Below are positions 8,526 to 19,723 of a stretch of 64,000 bases of DNA, piece after piece. How positions within the stretch are numbered: the stretch's first letter is position 1; every line of letters begins with the position of its first letter. The notes under the pieces are model-generated. The model searched no databases and had not been told where the DNA came from. It was given only the letters and a program-made list of their open reading frames with translations. This stretch comes from Rhodothermales bacterium (GTDB lineage: Bacteria > Bacteroidota > Rhodothermia > Rhodothermales > VXPQ01). Location: NCBI GenBank assembly GCA_965248175.1, contig OZ252093.1, forward strand, positions 2,590,406-2,654,405, in the 5' to 3' direction. Both the position numbers and the translations under genes were made by a program.

Positions 8526-9707
8526 TCAAGTCCCAAGATACTCGATCACGCCAGCAGCACCCATCCCCCCGCCTACGCACATCGTGCACAGGCCATACCG
8601 CACCTTGCGTCGCGCCATTTCGCGGATCAGCGTGGTCGTCAGCTTGGTGCCCGTACATCCCAACGGGTGGCCCAATGCAATCGCGCCCCCGTTCACATTC
8701 ACGATGCCCTCATCAAGACCTACCTCGCGAATCACTGCAAGCGCCTGCGCGGCAAAGGCTTCATTCAGTTCCACCAAGCCTATATCCTGGATGCTCAGGC
8801 CCGTTTGCGCAAGCACTTTTCGTATCGCAGGCACGGGGCCCACACCCATGATTTCGGGCGCTACGCCGACAACAGCGAACCCTGCAAGCCGGGCCTCGGG
8901 CGCCACGCCCAGTTGCTTCACGCGATCCCCGCTCATAAGAACCACTGCAGCGCCCCCGTCGGAGCGCTGTGACGTATTGCCGGCGGTCACCGTGCCACCG
9001 TGACGAAAAACCGGATGCAGATGCCCCAGCGCCTCGAGGCTGGTGTTGGAGCGCGGCCCCTCGTCCGTATCAAACGTCCGGCGGACCGTCTGTGCAGCGC
9101 CCCCTTCATAGCGAGTCTCCTCTACCTCCACGGGAAGGATTTCCTCCGCAAAGCGCCCCGCCTCAATGGCCGCCAGCGCCCGTTCGTGAGAACGCAGCGC
9201 AAACCGATCCTGGTCTTCCCGTGCAATGCCGTAGCGCTCGGCCACATTCTCCGCCGTAATGCCCATCGAAACGTAGACATCCATGTCCCCGGCCGCTAAA
9301 CCGGGATCCGGCTGGAAAAAGAAGCCGGTCATCGGCACCATGCTCATCGACTCGACGCCCCCGGCCACGACCACGTGCGCCGCGCCCGTACAAATTGCCT
9401 GGCTCGCCATGGCGACGGTTTGCAGGCCGGAGGAGCAAAATCGATTCACCGTGGCCCCGGGCACCTCGTCCGGCAAGCCCGCTTTCTGCGCAATCAGGCG
9501 TCCCACATTCTGCCCCTGGGCGCCCTCGGGAAAAGCACACCCCATCAACACATCCTCGACTGCGCCCGCTTCGAGTCCTTCGACACGGCGAATGGCTTCG
9601 CGCACGACCGCAGCGCCCATGTGTTCAGGGCGGACATGCCGGAGCGCTCCCCGGTCGGCCTTTCCGACGGCAGTACGTACGCTGCGAACTATGAAGGCAT
9701 CCTGCAT
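8526..9707 (-). CDS. fadA: Acetyl-CoA C-acyltransferase (3-ketoacyl-CoA thiolase)
   Basis: 393 aa with thiolase motifs (NRFCSSGLQ active-site Cys region; C-terminal NVNGGAIALGHPLGCTG and GLCTMCVGGGMG). Confidence 0.9.
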   Translation of the reverse strand: MQDAFIVRSVRTAVGKADRGALRHVRPEHMGAAVVREAIRRVEGLEAGAVEDVLMGCAFPEGAQGQNVGRLIAQKAGLPDEVPGATVNRFCSSGLQTVAMASQAICTGAAHVVVAGGVESMSMVPMTGFFFQPDPGLAAGDMDVYVSMGITAENVAERYGIAREDQDRFALRSHERALAAIEAGRFAEEILPVEVEETRYEGGAAQTVRRTFDTDEGPRSNTSLEALGHLHPVFRHGGTVTAGNTSQRSDGGAAVVLMSGDRVKQLGVAPEARLAGFAVVGVAPEIMGVGPVPAIRKVLAQTGLSIQDIGLVELNEAFAAQALAVIREVGLDEGIVNVNGGAIALGHPLGCTGTKLTTTLIREMARRKVRYGLCTMCVGGGMGAAGVIEYLGT

Positions 9708-9710
9708 GGG

Positions 9711-12125
9711 TTAATTCCTCAGCGGCTTTTTGGTCTTCAACATATGCGCAATGCGGTCCTGCGTTTTCTTCTCGCAAATCAGTTCGAGGAACACGCTGCG
9801 CTCGAGGTCGATGAGATATTCCTCGTCAACTTCCTGGGGGGCGGTCAGGTCGCCTCCAGTCATCACGAAGGCAAGGCGTCCAGCAAGCAACGCATCGTAT
9901 TCGGATATGAACCGGCCCTCGACGAATTGCCGCACCATGACATCCAGCGCCGCGCCTCCGGGGCGCCCCAGCACCCGGATGCCTTGCGGGACAGGTGGAC
10001 GGTACCCCGCGGCGGAAAGGCGCAAAACCTCTTCTCTGGCTACATGAAGTCGCCGATCGTCATGCATGACGATGCGGACATGCGGCGTCAGGAAACCCAA
10101 CTGCCGGGCTTCCGAAGCACTCGACGAAACACGGGACATCGCTACGGTCTCGAAAAATTTCCGGATCCAGGACTGAATCTCGGAAGGATGGCCGTTCACC
10201 GTTCGCCGGGCAGCCTCCGCCGCCAGGCGCATCGTGCCCGTCCCCGCCGGGATCAGGCCCACGCCCAGTTCTACCAGACCGGCGTAGCACTCCGCCGACA
10301 CCACCTGATTCGGACAAGCCATGAGCAATTCGCACCCGCCGCCAAGCGCGCGCCCGTGGGCCGCTACGACCACCGGCTTGCGGGCGTACCGCACACGCTG
10401 CACCGTTCCCTGAAACGCCTTGATTTGCCGATCTACCGCCTCGACAGCCCCCTGTTGCAAGGCGCCCGCCAATTCCACAAGATTTGCCCCCACCGAAAAA
10501 TTACGCCCTTCGTTCCCTACAACAAGCCCCTTGAGCGAGCGATCCGCTTCGACGTGTTCTATCGCATGAACGACTGCCTCCATCACGCCTTGCCCCAACG
10601 TATTCGCCTTCGAACGAAATTCCAGCAGCGCCACTCCGTCTCCGAGATCAAGCAGGCCGGCATCGTCCGATTCCCACAATGTACGCCCCGCCTCCGACCG
10701 GATCGCGGCAAGCGCCACATAATCTTCCGGAAGAGGATCGGGGGCGTATCCCTCGCTTGCCGGCACATAGACCGTACGCCCTCTCCCATCGTTCCGGTAG
10801 AACCCACCGGCCCGGACCGCATCCTCCACCCAGGCAGGCGCCTCCAGGCCGGCATCATCCAAATCGTTCAGAATCCGTTCGACGCCGATCGCGTCCCACA
10901 ATTCGAACGGACCCAGTTCCCAGCCGAATCCCCAGCGTATGGCGCGGTCCACATCGGCAGGCCGTTCCGAAATTTCAGGGATTCTGCGAGCAGCATACGC
11001 CAACAAATCAAGCGTCGTGCCACGAACGAAGGCTCCGGCGCGGCCCTCGGCCTCGTACAGCGCCCGCAGCCGGTCCCCGACGGTGCGTAGCCTGCTTATT
11101 TCCTGTAGGGCAGGCAGGAGCACCGGCTCGGCAGGAGAATATTCCAGGGTCTCCGGGTCCACAGACTTTATTTCGCCGTCTTCTTTTTTGTAAAACCCGG
11201 CACGGGTCTTCTGCCCAAGCCGTCCAGCCTGCACAAGCTGCCCCAATAATGCCGGGGAACGGAACGCGGCGCGGCTTTCGTCATCCGCCACAGCGTCATA
11301 CAGATTTCGAGCCACGGCCCACAGCACATCCAGACCGACCACATCCGCCGTCCGGAATGTGGCGGACCGGGGACGCCCAACCAGTGGCCCGGTCAGTGTG
11401 TCGATCTCCTCGATCGTGTAGTCTTCTTCCGTAAAGGCCCGCACAGCCTGTAACATCCCGTACACCCCGATGCGATTCCCGATGAAATAGGGAGTGTCCT
11501 TGGCTACGACAATGCCTTTCCCGAGATGAATCCGTCCAAAATGGGCAATGCGGTCAAGAATATCCGGATCGGTCTCCTGGGAAGGAACCAGCTCCAGTAA
11601 CCGCAAATAGCGAGGGGGATTGAAAAAGTGCGTGCCGAGAAAAGCGCGCCGGAATGCCTCGCCGCGTCCGGCTGCGATCTGCGCCACGGAAAGCCCACTC
11701 GTATTGGTGGACACGATGGTCCCGGGCCGGATTATCGACTCGACCCGCTCGAACAGAGCGCGCTTGGCGTCCAGTTGCTCAACGACTGCCTCAATCACCC
11801 ATTCCACGCCGGACAGCCGGTCGAGGTGGTCCTCGAAATTGCCGGGCTCGACGCGGCGCAACGCCGCCTCATCAAAGAACGGGGCCGGTTTGAGTTGCGC
11901 CGCCGCTTTCAGCCCTCGCTCGACGACAGCATTCCTGTTTTTCCCTTCCCCGGACGCTACATCGAACAGGAACACATGCAGGCCCGCATTGGCAAGGTGT
12001 GCCGCAATCTGCGCCCCCATGGTCCCGGCGCCCAGTACAGCCGCCTTGCGAAACGGAAGATGGGCATGCGGTGGAGCGAATGCGCCCGAAGCACGGTCAG
12101 GGGCTACCGTTGAATGTGCGTGCAT
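9711..12125 (-). CDS. fadN: Bifunctional 3-hydroxyacyl-CoA dehydrogenase (N-terminal) / enoyl-CoA hydratase (C-terminal), FadN-type
   Basis: 804 aa. N-terminal Rossmann motif AAVLGAGTMGAQIAAHLANAG; C-terminal crotonase-like region (VVAAHGRALGGGCELLMAC). The domain order matches Bacillus FadN. Confidence 0.8.
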   Translation of the reverse strand: MHAHSTVAPDRASGAFAPPHAHLPFRKAAVLGAGTMGAQIAAHLANAGLHVFLFDVASGEGKNRNAVVERGLKAAAQLKPAPFFDEAALRRVEPGNFEDHLDRLSGVEWVIEAVVEQLDAKRALFERVESIIRPGTIVSTNTSGLSVAQIAAGRGEAFRRAFLGTHFFNPPRYLRLLELVPSQETDPDILDRIAHFGRIHLGKGIVVAKDTPYFIGNRIGVYGMLQAVRAFTEEDYTIEEIDTLTGPLVGRPRSATFRTADVVGLDVLWAVARNLYDAVADDESRAAFRSPALLGQLVQAGRLGQKTRAGFYKKEDGEIKSVDPETLEYSPAEPVLLPALQEISRLRTVGDRLRALYEAEGRAGAFVRGTTLDLLAYAARRIPEISERPADVDRAIRWGFGWELGPFELWDAIGVERILNDLDDAGLEAPAWVEDAVRAGGFYRNDGRGRTVYVPASEGYAPDPLPEDYVALAAIRSEAGRTLWESDDAGLLDLGDGVALLEFRSKANTLGQGVMEAVVHAIEHVEADRSLKGLVVGNEGRNFSVGANLVELAGALQQGAVEAVDRQIKAFQGTVQRVRYARKPVVVAAHGRALGGGCELLMACPNQVVSAECYAGLVELGVGLIPAGTGTMRLAAEAARRTVNGHPSEIQSWIRKFFETVAMSRVSSSASEARQLGFLTPHVRIVMHDDRRLHVAREEVLRLSAAGYRPPVPQGIRVLGRPGGAALDVMVRQFVEGRFISEYDALLAGRLAFVMTGGDLTAPQEVDEEYLIDLERSVFLELICEKKTQDRIAHMLKTKKPLRN

Positions 12126-12165
12126 GAATTAATCCCTTACTGGCTGAAATCGTAACGGACGGCGA

Positions 12166-14088
12166 TCAGACACCGTCGTCCTGTCTCTCTTTCTCCACAA
12201 CCACGATGGATGCGGGCAGATCCCCTTCGCCGTATATCTCCTCGATATCTTCTGCAAATGCTTCCTCGACCTGCCGGCGGCGCACCTTCATCGTGGGGGT
12301 AAGGAGACTGTTTTCCGTCGTCAGCGAAGCAAGCACGATGCGAAATCTTTTGATGCGAGACCAGGGATCCATGCCCGCGTTGGCCTCCTCTACCAAATGG
12401 CGAAGATGCGATTGCACTTCGGGCAGGGCAATCAGCCCTTCCCCTGATATGCCTTCCTCTACACCGAAGGACCGGGCATAGCCTCCCAGCTTTTCCATGT
12501 CAGGAAAAACAAGCGCCGTACAATACCTGTATCCGCTGCCCAAGACCATCGCCTCTTCAATCACCGGGTGTGCCCGCAGCCGGTTCTCGATGGGTTGGGG
12601 CGCCACATATTTTCCGGTCGAGAGCTTGAAAAGCGATTTCTTCCGGTCCGTGATCCGAAGATATCCCTCCGGCATAAACATCCCGACGTCGCCGGTCTGG
12701 AACCACCCCTCCCCGTCAATTACCTCGTTCGTCAGCGCATCGTTCTTGTAGTATCCCTCCATGACGTAGGGCCCGCGCGTCAGAATCTCTCCGTCTTCCG
12801 CAATCCTCACCTCCGCTCCCGGAATCGGCTCTCCCACCGTACCGGGCTGAACGCGCCCTTTCCGGTTAAAGGAGATCACCGGGCTGGTTTCCGTGAGGCC
12901 GTATCCCTCCAGCACCGTAATATTCGCCGCAGCGAACAAATTCGTCAGATGGGCGCCAAGCGCCGCGCCGCCCGAAATAAGAAAGTGGACGCGCCCGCCC
13001 AATGCCTTCCGCCATTTGCTGAACAGGAGGCGATCCGCCACCTTGAGTGAGAACGCGTAGATTCCGCTCGGCTGCGACGATACGTCGTAGCGCTCGCCCA
13101 CAGACAGTGCCCAGGAAGCAATGGCCTTTTGGACACCGCTCATGCCGGCAATGCGTGTCAGCACGGCTGCATACACCTTCTCCAGCACACGCGGCACCGT
13201 GGCGAATATCGTAGGCTGCACCTTGGCAATGTGCTGCATAAGAAAGTCCTGCGACGTGAAATACACGGGTGAGCCATGGTACATAAAACCGTAATGAAGC
13301 GTCCGGGCAAAGATGTGGGTCAACGGCAAAAACGAAATGATCTGCTCGCCATCCTCACCTGTGCGGTAATCCCGCATCCCGGAAAAGGATGTGAGGGCGT
13401 TGGCGCTGATGTTTTCATGCGTCAGCACTACGCCCTTCGGCTGCCCGGTCGTGCCGCTCGTATAGAGAATGGTGGCCATATCCTTCGGTCCGACCCGTTC
13501 GCGCAATTCCCGGATTGCTTCTGTATTCTCCTGCAGCCGACGGCGCCCCGATTCCCGCACCGCTTCCAGCGTGCATGCTTCGATACCATCCGGAAGAGAC
13601 ACCCCGTCAGGAATGTCTCCTTCCGCTACAATCACAGCAGAAACCGCAGGACATGCGGACAGCGCATCCCGGATTTCTTCCAGATGTTTTCCACTCGAAA
13701 CGGCTACTACCCTGGCCCCCGAATGCACAAGGACATACTGGATCTGATCTGGCGCATGCGCCAGATACATGGGCACATTGATGACGCCGGCAAGCAAACA
13801 ACCCATGTCCACAATACAGAATGACACATCGCTCTCCATATAGAGCGCAAGGCGATCTCCGTGGGACAGGCCCAGATCAGCGAGACCCAGCGCCACTTCT
13901 TCGGAATGGCGTCGATATTCGTCCAGCGAAAGAGACTTCCAGCCATCTCCATCCGGCTGATTGAGCGCCCGGTGGTTCACGTATCTGTCCGATGCCTCGT
14001 ACAGCAGGTCCGGTAAGGTCTTCTCCAGCGTGAGCGTGCCGCTACCCGGCGGCGCAACGTATATCTTTTCCGATACTATGTCCGGCAT
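12166..14088 (-). CDS. fadD: Long-chain fatty acid-CoA ligase (AMP-forming)
   Basis: AMP-binding signature ILYTSGTTGQPKGVVLTHENI and C-terminal GWFQTGDVG...ITDRKKSLFKLSTGKYVAP. Start taken at MPDIV...; an upstream ATG at 14121 is possible. Confidence 0.85.
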   Translation of the reverse strand: MPDIVSEKIYVAPPGSGTLTLEKTLPDLLYEASDRYVNHRALNQPDGDGWKSLSLDEYRRHSEEVALGLADLGLSHGDRLALYMESDVSFCIVDMGCLLAGVINVPMYLAHAPDQIQYVLVHSGARVVAVSSGKHLEEIRDALSACPAVSAVIVAEGDIPDGVSLPDGIEACTLEAVRESGRRRLQENTEAIRELRERVGPKDMATILYTSGTTGQPKGVVLTHENISANALTSFSGMRDYRTGEDGEQIISFLPLTHIFARTLHYGFMYHGSPVYFTSQDFLMQHIAKVQPTIFATVPRVLEKVYAAVLTRIAGMSGVQKAIASWALSVGERYDVSSQPSGIYAFSLKVADRLLFSKWRKALGGRVHFLISGGAALGAHLTNLFAAANITVLEGYGLTETSPVISFNRKGRVQPGTVGEPIPGAEVRIAEDGEILTRGPYVMEGYYKNDALTNEVIDGEGWFQTGDVGMFMPEGYLRITDRKKSLFKLSTGKYVAPQPIENRLRAHPVIEEAMVLGSGYRYCTALVFPDMEKLGGYARSFGVEEGISGEGLIALPEVQSHLRHLVEEANAGMDPWSRIKRFRIVLASLTTENSLLTPTMKVRRRQVEEAFAEDIEEIYGEGDLPASIVVVEKERQDDGV

Positions 14089-14196
14089 GACAATTCTCCA
14101 TTCTGAATAAGAAGCGTACAACCCGGGGATAGTACACCCCCCGAAAGAAAAGAAAAAAACATGACAGGAAAAGACCTCTCTTGAATAAAAACCGCT

Positions 14197-14230
14197 AAAA
14201 AAAGGGCCGCCCGATATCTTCGGACGGCCC
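14197..14230 (-). terminator. Rho-independent terminator after the rpoBC-DUF4097 transcription unit
   Basis: Minus-strand GGGCCGTCCGA-AGATA-TCGGGCGGCCC (11-bp stem including one G-U, 5-nt loop) followed by T7, 45 nt after the DUF4097 stop. Confidence 0.8.
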
Positions 14231-14274
14231 TCGCTTGCTCGCGTTTGAAACTCTGGGGCGCTGCGCTCCGGTCG

Positions 14275-15192
14275 TTATCTCTTGCGTAACGTCACATTGC
14301 CTACGGCGGCATACAGACGCAGGTCCGGACCCCCGCCATTGACGGCGCCGGAGAAGGATTTTCTGGTCCACTTGCCTTCCACCTTCAGGGGATAATCTGT
14401 ACTCGCCGATCCTACGGCGCATTCCGCATCGACCTCCACGCCTACGCTGCCCGCCAGATACACCATCACGTTCCCGGCTCCCGTGCTGAAATCAGACGCT
14501 CCCTCCGGTTGTTCGGTGATGAACACTTCGATGTTTCCGGCGCCCGCCTTGACAGTGGCTTCGCCGCGTACGGACCGGACATCCACGTTGCCGGCGCCCG
14601 TATGCACTTCCACCTTGCCTCCTGCGCCTTCGATGACAATATTGCCGGAACCCGACACCACATCAACCGACCCGCTGACCACACCGATCTCAATATTGCC
14701 CGCCCCGGTCACACCGGAAATGTCTCCGGAAAAGGATCCTAATTTGACACTGCCGGCGCCGGCCTTGAATTCAATATTGTAGTCCTCTGGAATCCTGACT
14801 CGCACCCGAACCCTGAGCCGGTCGGTAGAGCGAATACGGTTCCAGAAGGTATCCTCATTGTCGAAGCGCGACCCGACGTAGATACCGCTGTCGCGTTCCT
14901 CAATCTGCAGATCGTGCCGTTCGAAGATACTTTCGGCCTTCGACCGATCATCGGTCGTTACATTCCGTTCCACCTCAATGAGCACCTCCCTGCCGGGCCC
15001 GGGCAATACCTCAACCCGGCCCCGATCTATATCCAGCTCTAACGTACCGCCGGGTCGAACCTTGTAGGAACGCTTGACCGTATCCTTGATATCGATCAAG
15101 TCAGGATCGCCGGCATACGCGCTCGCCGCAATCAGAAACGCAACGACGAACACGGGCAACTTTCCGATACATCGGGAGAGACGTTTCGACAT
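14275..15192 (-). CDS. DUF4097-type beta-strand repeat protein (putative secreted/adhesin-like)
   Basis: Signal peptide followed by repeated G(A/S)GN(I/V) units (GAGNIEIGVVSGSVDVVSGSGNIVIEGAGGKVEVHTGAGNVDV...). Confidence 0.7.
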   Translation of the reverse strand: MSKRLSRCIGKLPVFVVAFLIAASAYAGDPDLIDIKDTVKRSYKVRPGGTLELDIDRGRVEVLPGPGREVLIEVERNVTTDDRSKAESIFERHDLQIEERDSGIYVGSRFDNEDTFWNRIRSTDRLRVRVRVRIPEDYNIEFKAGAGSVKLGSFSGDISGVTGAGNIEIGVVSGSVDVVSGSGNIVIEGAGGKVEVHTGAGNVDVRSVRGEATVKAGAGNIEVFITEQPEGASDFSTGAGNVMVYLAGSVGVEVDAECAVGSASTDYPLKVEGKWTRKSFSGAVNGGGPDLRLYAAVGNVTLRKR

Positions 15193-15330
15193 GGTGCTGG
15201 CCTCGTCGTTTGACAGAGCAATTCGGGGGGCAGTACTCCGTAATACGGAATATTCCTTCCAGAGTTACAAAACACTGCGAAGAATTGCTACAAAGCCTCT
15301 TCGCCCTACCGCGCCTGTCCGAAGAATTCC

Positions 15331-18300
15331 TTATACCCCGACTTCCTCTGTCTTTGCATCCGGCGTACCGGGCGTTGCCGGAACCCGGTTTCCATTCCCA
15401 CCCAGCGCTGCCTGCAACTCGGCGAGTTCGGTCTTCGAACCAACGACCACGTCACGGAAACGCCGCTGACCGGTTCCTGCCGGAATCGGGTGTCCAACGA
15501 TCACATTTTCCTTGAGTCCGTAAAGGGGATCCACCTGGGCCCTGATAGCCGCGTTGGTGAGCACCTTTGTAGTCTCCTGGAAGGAGGCTGCTGACACGAA
15601 CGAATCGGTCGAGAGTGCAGCCTGCGTGATGCCGAGAAGAATCGGTCGCGCCACTGCCGGTTGCGTTTCGCGCACCTCGACCTGCTTGAGGTCCTGGCGT
15701 TTCAGCGTCGAATTCACTTCTCTCATTTGCCTCCGGCTTATGATATCACTGACCGACAGGTCGGAATCGCCCGCATCGGTGACCACAAATCGGTCGTAGA
15801 GGCGATTATTCAGTTCCTCCATGGCAAACCGGTCCACCGTGTCGTCTTCCAGCAACGTCGTGTCGCCCGGATCCGCTACGCGCGCCTTCTGCATCATCTG
15901 GCGAACAATCACCTCGATATGCTTGTCGTTGATCGTCACACCCTGCATCCGGTACACTTCCTGTATCTCATTCACGAGATACTCCTGCACAGCGCGCGGC
16001 CCCTTGATGGACAAAATATCCTGCGGGGATACCTGCCCGTCCGAAAGCCGTCCACCCGCACGTACGAAGTCATGCTCGTGTACGAGCATGTGCCTTGAAA
16101 GCGGCACAAGGTACGTCCGGCTTTCCGAATCGTCGCGAGAAGTAACGATGATTTCCTGTGCGCCGCGTCGACGCCCCCCAAAACGAACCACGCCGTCGAT
16201 CTCGGAAACAACCGCCGGGTCGACCGGCATCCGCGCCTCGAACAATTCGGTCACGCGGGGAAGGCCGCCCGTAATATCGCCCGTCTTGGCAGACTGGCGC
16301 GGAATCTTTACCATGACCTGCCCTGCCTGAATCTCCTCCCCCGCATCAACCTGAATGCGTGCCCGTACAGGAAGCATATACTCGCGCTCCTTTTCCTTTT
16401 CCTTCTCCCTCTTGACAATGAGGGCCGGTGTCAGCACGCGCTCGCGACTCTCGGTAATGACTTTTTCCTTGTGGCCGGTCTGTTCGTCAGATTCTTCCCG
16501 GTATGTTGTGCCTTCAACAATATCCTTGAAGGATATCGTACCGGAGACTTCCGAGAGAATCACACTGTTGTAGGGATCCCAACTGGCCAGCACACTTCCC
16601 TTGTCGACGATCTCTCCGTCAGAAATCAGCATCTCGGCCCCGTACGGAATCACATACGAAATCAGGCGCCGACCTGCATCCTTGGGATCAACGATCCAGA
16701 CCTCTCCCTGACGAGTCAGAACAACATCTTTCGCCCCTTCGCCATCGCCAAGCGTGACGGTCCGCAGGTTTTCGTAAACCGCCTTGCCGGCGAATTTCGT
16801 CTGAAGCGTACTTTCAGCGGAGATAAGGCTCGCCGTCCCTCCGATATGGAAGGTCCGGAGCGTGAGCTGCGTACCCGGCTCTCCAATGGACTGCGCAGCG
16901 ATCACACCGACCGCTTCGCCCGTTTCCACAAGGTGTCCGGTGGCAAGATTTCGCCCGTAGCATAAGGCGCACACGCCACGGCGCGACTCACATGTCAGGG
17001 CCGAACGTATTTCGACTTCCTCGATCGACGTTTCGGAAATCTGCCGTGCCCGTTGCTCATCGATCATCTCATTGGCAGCAATGATGAGTTGGTGATCGGA
17101 AAGCGGGTCGCGAACGTCGTGCATGGAGACACGCCCCACGATGCGGTCGGCCAGCGGCTCGACAATCTCCTCATTATCCTTCAGAGCCGATATCCGGATG
17201 CCGCGAAGCGTGCCGCAATCCTCCTGGGTAATGGTCACATCCTGGGAGACATCCACCAGACGGCGAGTCAGGTATCCGGCGTCGGCCGTTTTCAGGGCCG
17301 TGTCAGCAAGACCCTTACGGGCGCCGTGCGTCGAAATAAAGTATTCAAGTACGGAAAGCCCTTCCTTGAAATTCGAAATGATCGGGTTCTCGATAATTTC
17401 TCCTACCGAGCCCACCAGGCTTTTCTGCGGCTTGGCCATGAGGCCACGCATGCCCCCGAGCTGGCGAATCTGCTCCTTGGAACCACGCGCACCCGAGTCC
17501 GCCATCATATAAATAGCGTTAAACCCTTCCTTGTCACTCCGAAGGGTTTCAAAAAGCGTTTCGGAAACCCGGTTGTTGGTCTTCGTCCAGATATCGATCA
17601 CCTGATTGTAGCGCTCGCTCTCGAACATGAAGCCCATCTCGTAGTTGCCGCGCACCCGGTCCACCTCTTCCTGGGCGTCCGAAATAATCTTCTCCTTCAT
17701 GTCCGGCACGATGATATCGGCCAGCGAGAAGGTGAGCCCTGCGGTGGTAGCCTGTTCGAAGCCCAACTGCTTGATGTCGTCGAGGAAACGAGCAGCTTTT
17801 TTGAACCCGCTGGCCTTGAGTACGCGTGCGATGATCGGGCGCAGATTGCGCTTCGTGAGGACTTCGTTGATGAAACCGACTTCCTCGGGAACCACCTCGT
17901 TGAAAAGAACGCGCCCCACCGTCGTTTCCTCCATTTTGCCGGGCGCCATGCGCACCTGGATACGGGCGTGCAGAGCAAGCTGGTCCTGGTCATACGCCTG
18001 ACGCACTTCCGTAACGCTCGCGAACCGCATGTTGTCCTCCTTCTGGCCCAACCGCATTTTCGTGAGGTAGTACAAGCCGAGGACCATGTCCTGCGTGGGC
18101 ACAGCGACCGGGCCGCCGTGGGCAGGACTGAGAATATTGTGGCTCGAAAGCATGAGCACCCAGGTCTCCAGGCAGGCGTCATGGCTGAGGGGCACATGCA
18201 CCGCCATCTGGTCCCCATCGAAATCGGCATTGAAGGCCGTGCATACCAACGGATGCAACCGGATGGCTTTGCCCTCGATGAGAATCGGCTGGAATGCCTG

Positions 18301-19644
18301 TATGCCAAGGCGATGCAATGTGGGGGCCCGGTTCAGCATGACAGGACGCCCTTCGATCACCTTCTCGAGAATATCCCAGACGTCAGCGGTGCGGCGGTCC
18401 ACTACTTTCTTTGCACTCTTGACCGTCTTGACAATGCCCCGCTCAATGAGCTTGCGAATGACAAAGGGCTTGAACAGTTCGACAGCCATCTCTTTCGGCA
18501 AGCCGCACTGGTGTATATCCAGTTCGGGGCCAACGACGATAACCGACCGACCCGAATAATCCACGCGCTTGCCGAGCAGGTTCTGCCGGAACCGTCCCTG
18601 CTTGCCCTTGAGCATATCGCTGAGCGACTTCAGGGCCCGGTTCGAATCACTGCGCACGGCGTTTGCCTTGCGGCTGTTGTCGAACAGCGAATCGACCGCC
18701 TCTTGCAGCATGCGCTTCTCGTTGCGCAAAATGACTTCAGGGGCTTTGATGTCGATGAGCCGTTTCAGCCGGTTGTTGCGGATGATTACGCGGCGGTACA
18801 GATCGTTCAGATCGGAAGTGGCGAACCGTCCTCCCTCAAGCGGAACCAGCGGGCGCAGCTCCGGCGGAATAACCGGAACGACCCGCATAACCATCCACTC
18901 TGGCCGATTTTCGAGCCGTGTGTTGGCGTCGCGGAAACCTTCGACGACTGTAAGGCGCTTCAGGGCATCGGCCTTGCGAGCCTGACTTGTCTCGGTCTTG
19001 ATCTGGTGACGCAGTTGTTGCGACAAAGACGGCAGATCCAGGCGCCGCAGGATCGTTTCCACAGCCTCGCCCCCGATCCGGGCGATGAATTTGTTCGGAT
19101 CGTCGTCGGAAAGCCGATTGTTGTCTTCCCGTATCTGGTACAGAATGTTGAAATACTCGTCCTCGTTCAGGAGCTGGTTTTCCCCGACACCGAACTCTGC
19201 GGCGCTTCCCGCCTGAATGACGACATAGTTCTCATAATAGATGATTTTCTCGAGGTCTTTCGATTTGAGATCAATGAGATGGCCGATCTTGTTCGGCAAT
19301 GTCTTGAAATACCAGATATGCACAACGGGCACACTAAGCGTGATATGCCCCATGCGCTCGCGGCGCACTTTTTTCTGCGTTACCTCTACGCCACAGCGGT
19401 CGCAGACGATGCCCTTGTACCGGATGCGCTTGTACTTGCCGCAATGGCACTCCCAGTCCTTGACGGGGCCGAATATTTTCTCACAAAAAAGACCGTCCTT
19501 TTCCGGCTTGAAAGACCGGTAATTGATCGTCTCTGGCTTGAGCACTTCTCCATGGGACCGCTCCAGCACACTTTCCGGGCTGGACAAGCTTAGGGTGATT
19601 CGGGTGAAATGCTTTTTGATCTGCTGCGTCTTTCCGTAGGGCAT
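15331..19644 (-). CDS. rpoC: DNA-directed RNA polymerase subunit beta'
   Basis: 1437 aa with a zinc motif ([23 protein letters not shown]) and the catalytic NADFDGDQM. Confidence 0.98.
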   Translation of the reverse strand: MPYGKTQQIKKHFTRITLSLSSPESVLERSHGEVLKPETINYRSFKPEKDGLFCEKIFGPVKDWECHCGKYKRIRYKGIVCDRCGVEVTQKKVRRERMGHITLSVPVVHIWYFKTLPNKIGHLIDLKSKDLEKIIYYENYVVIQAGSAAEFGVGENQLLNEDEYFNILYQIREDNNRLSDDDPNKFIARIGGEAVETILRRLDLPSLSQQLRHQIKTETSQARKADALKRLTVVEGFRDANTRLENRPEWMVMRVVPVIPPELRPLVPLEGGRFATSDLNDLYRRVIIRNNRLKRLIDIKAPEVILRNEKRMLQEAVDSLFDNSRKANAVRSDSNRALKSLSDMLKGKQGRFRQNLLGKRVDYSGRSVIVVGPELDIHQCGLPKEMAVELFKPFVIRKLIERGIVKTVKSAKKVVDRRTADVWDILEKVIEGRPVMLNRAPTLHRLGIQAFQPILIEGKAIRLHPLVCTAFNADFDGDQMAVHVPLSHDACLETWVLMLSSHNILSPAHGGPVAVPTQDMVLGLYYLTKMRLGQKEDNMRFASVTEVRQAYDQDQLALHARIQVRMAPGKMEETTVGRVLFNEVVPEEVGFINEVLTKRNLRPIIARVLKASGFKKAARFLDDIKQLGFEQATTAGLTFSLADIIVPDMKEKIISDAQEEVDRVRGNYEMGFMFESERYNQVIDIWTKTNNRVSETLFETLRSDKEGFNAIYMMADSGARGSKEQIRQLGGMRGLMAKPQKSLVGSVGEIIENPIISNFKEGLSVLEYFISTHGARKGLADTALKTADAGYLTRRLVDVSQDVTITQEDCGTLRGIRISALKDNEEIVEPLADRIVGRVSMHDVRDPLSDHQLIIAANEMIDEQRARQISETSIEEVEIRSALTCESRRGVCALCYGRNLATGHLVETGEAVGVIAAQSIGEPGTQLTLRTFHIGGTASLISAESTLQTKFAGKAVYENLRTVTLGDGEGAKDVVLTRQGEVWIVDPKDAGRRLISYVIPYGAEMLISDGEIVDKGSVLASWDPYNSVILSEVSGTISFKDIVEGTTYREESDEQTGHKEKVITESRERVLTPALIVKREKEKEKEREYMLPVRARIQVDAGEEIQAGQVMVKIPRQSAKTGDITGGLPRVTELFEARMPVDPAVVSEIDGVVRFGGRRRGAQEIIVTSRDDSESRTYLVPLSRHMLVHEHDFVRAGGRLSDGQVSPQDILSIKGPRAVQEYLVNEIQEVYRMQGVTINDKHIEVIVRQMMQKARVADPGDTTLLEDDTVDRFAMEELNNRLYDRFVVTDAGDSDLSVSDIISRRQMREVNSTLKRQDLKQVEVRETQPAVARPILLGITQAALSTDSFVSAASFQETTKVLTNAAIRAQVDPLYGLKENVIVGHPIPAGTGQRRFRDVVVGSKTELAELQAALGGNGNRVPATPGTPDAKTEEVGV

Positions 19645-19723
19645 ATTGGCTCTTTCGCAATTCTGAATGCTGGAACGGGGGCGCGACGCCTTCCCGTGCA
19701 GGGCGACCGGCTACAGTGCGCGG

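Noticed and set aside
9375-11090. 571-aa plus-strand ORF (with similar ones at 1440-2774 and 8969-9714)
   Set aside because: They are antisense to fadN, fadE and fadA, with Arg/Pro-rich shadow-frame composition and no recognisable motifs.
14460-14780. Periodic GCCGGCGCCCG-type repeats, considered as a possible CRISPR or tandem-repeat array
   Set aside because: The repeats are in frame and encode the G(A/S)GN(I/V) beta-strand units of the DUF4097 protein. There are no unique spacers and no regular repeat length.
17053-19593. 846-aa plus-strand ORF
   Set aside because: It is entirely antisense to rpoC. Its composition is low-complexity and R/A/L/H-rich, typical of shadow ORFs in high-G+C DNA, and the opposite strand carries an unambiguous conserved gene.
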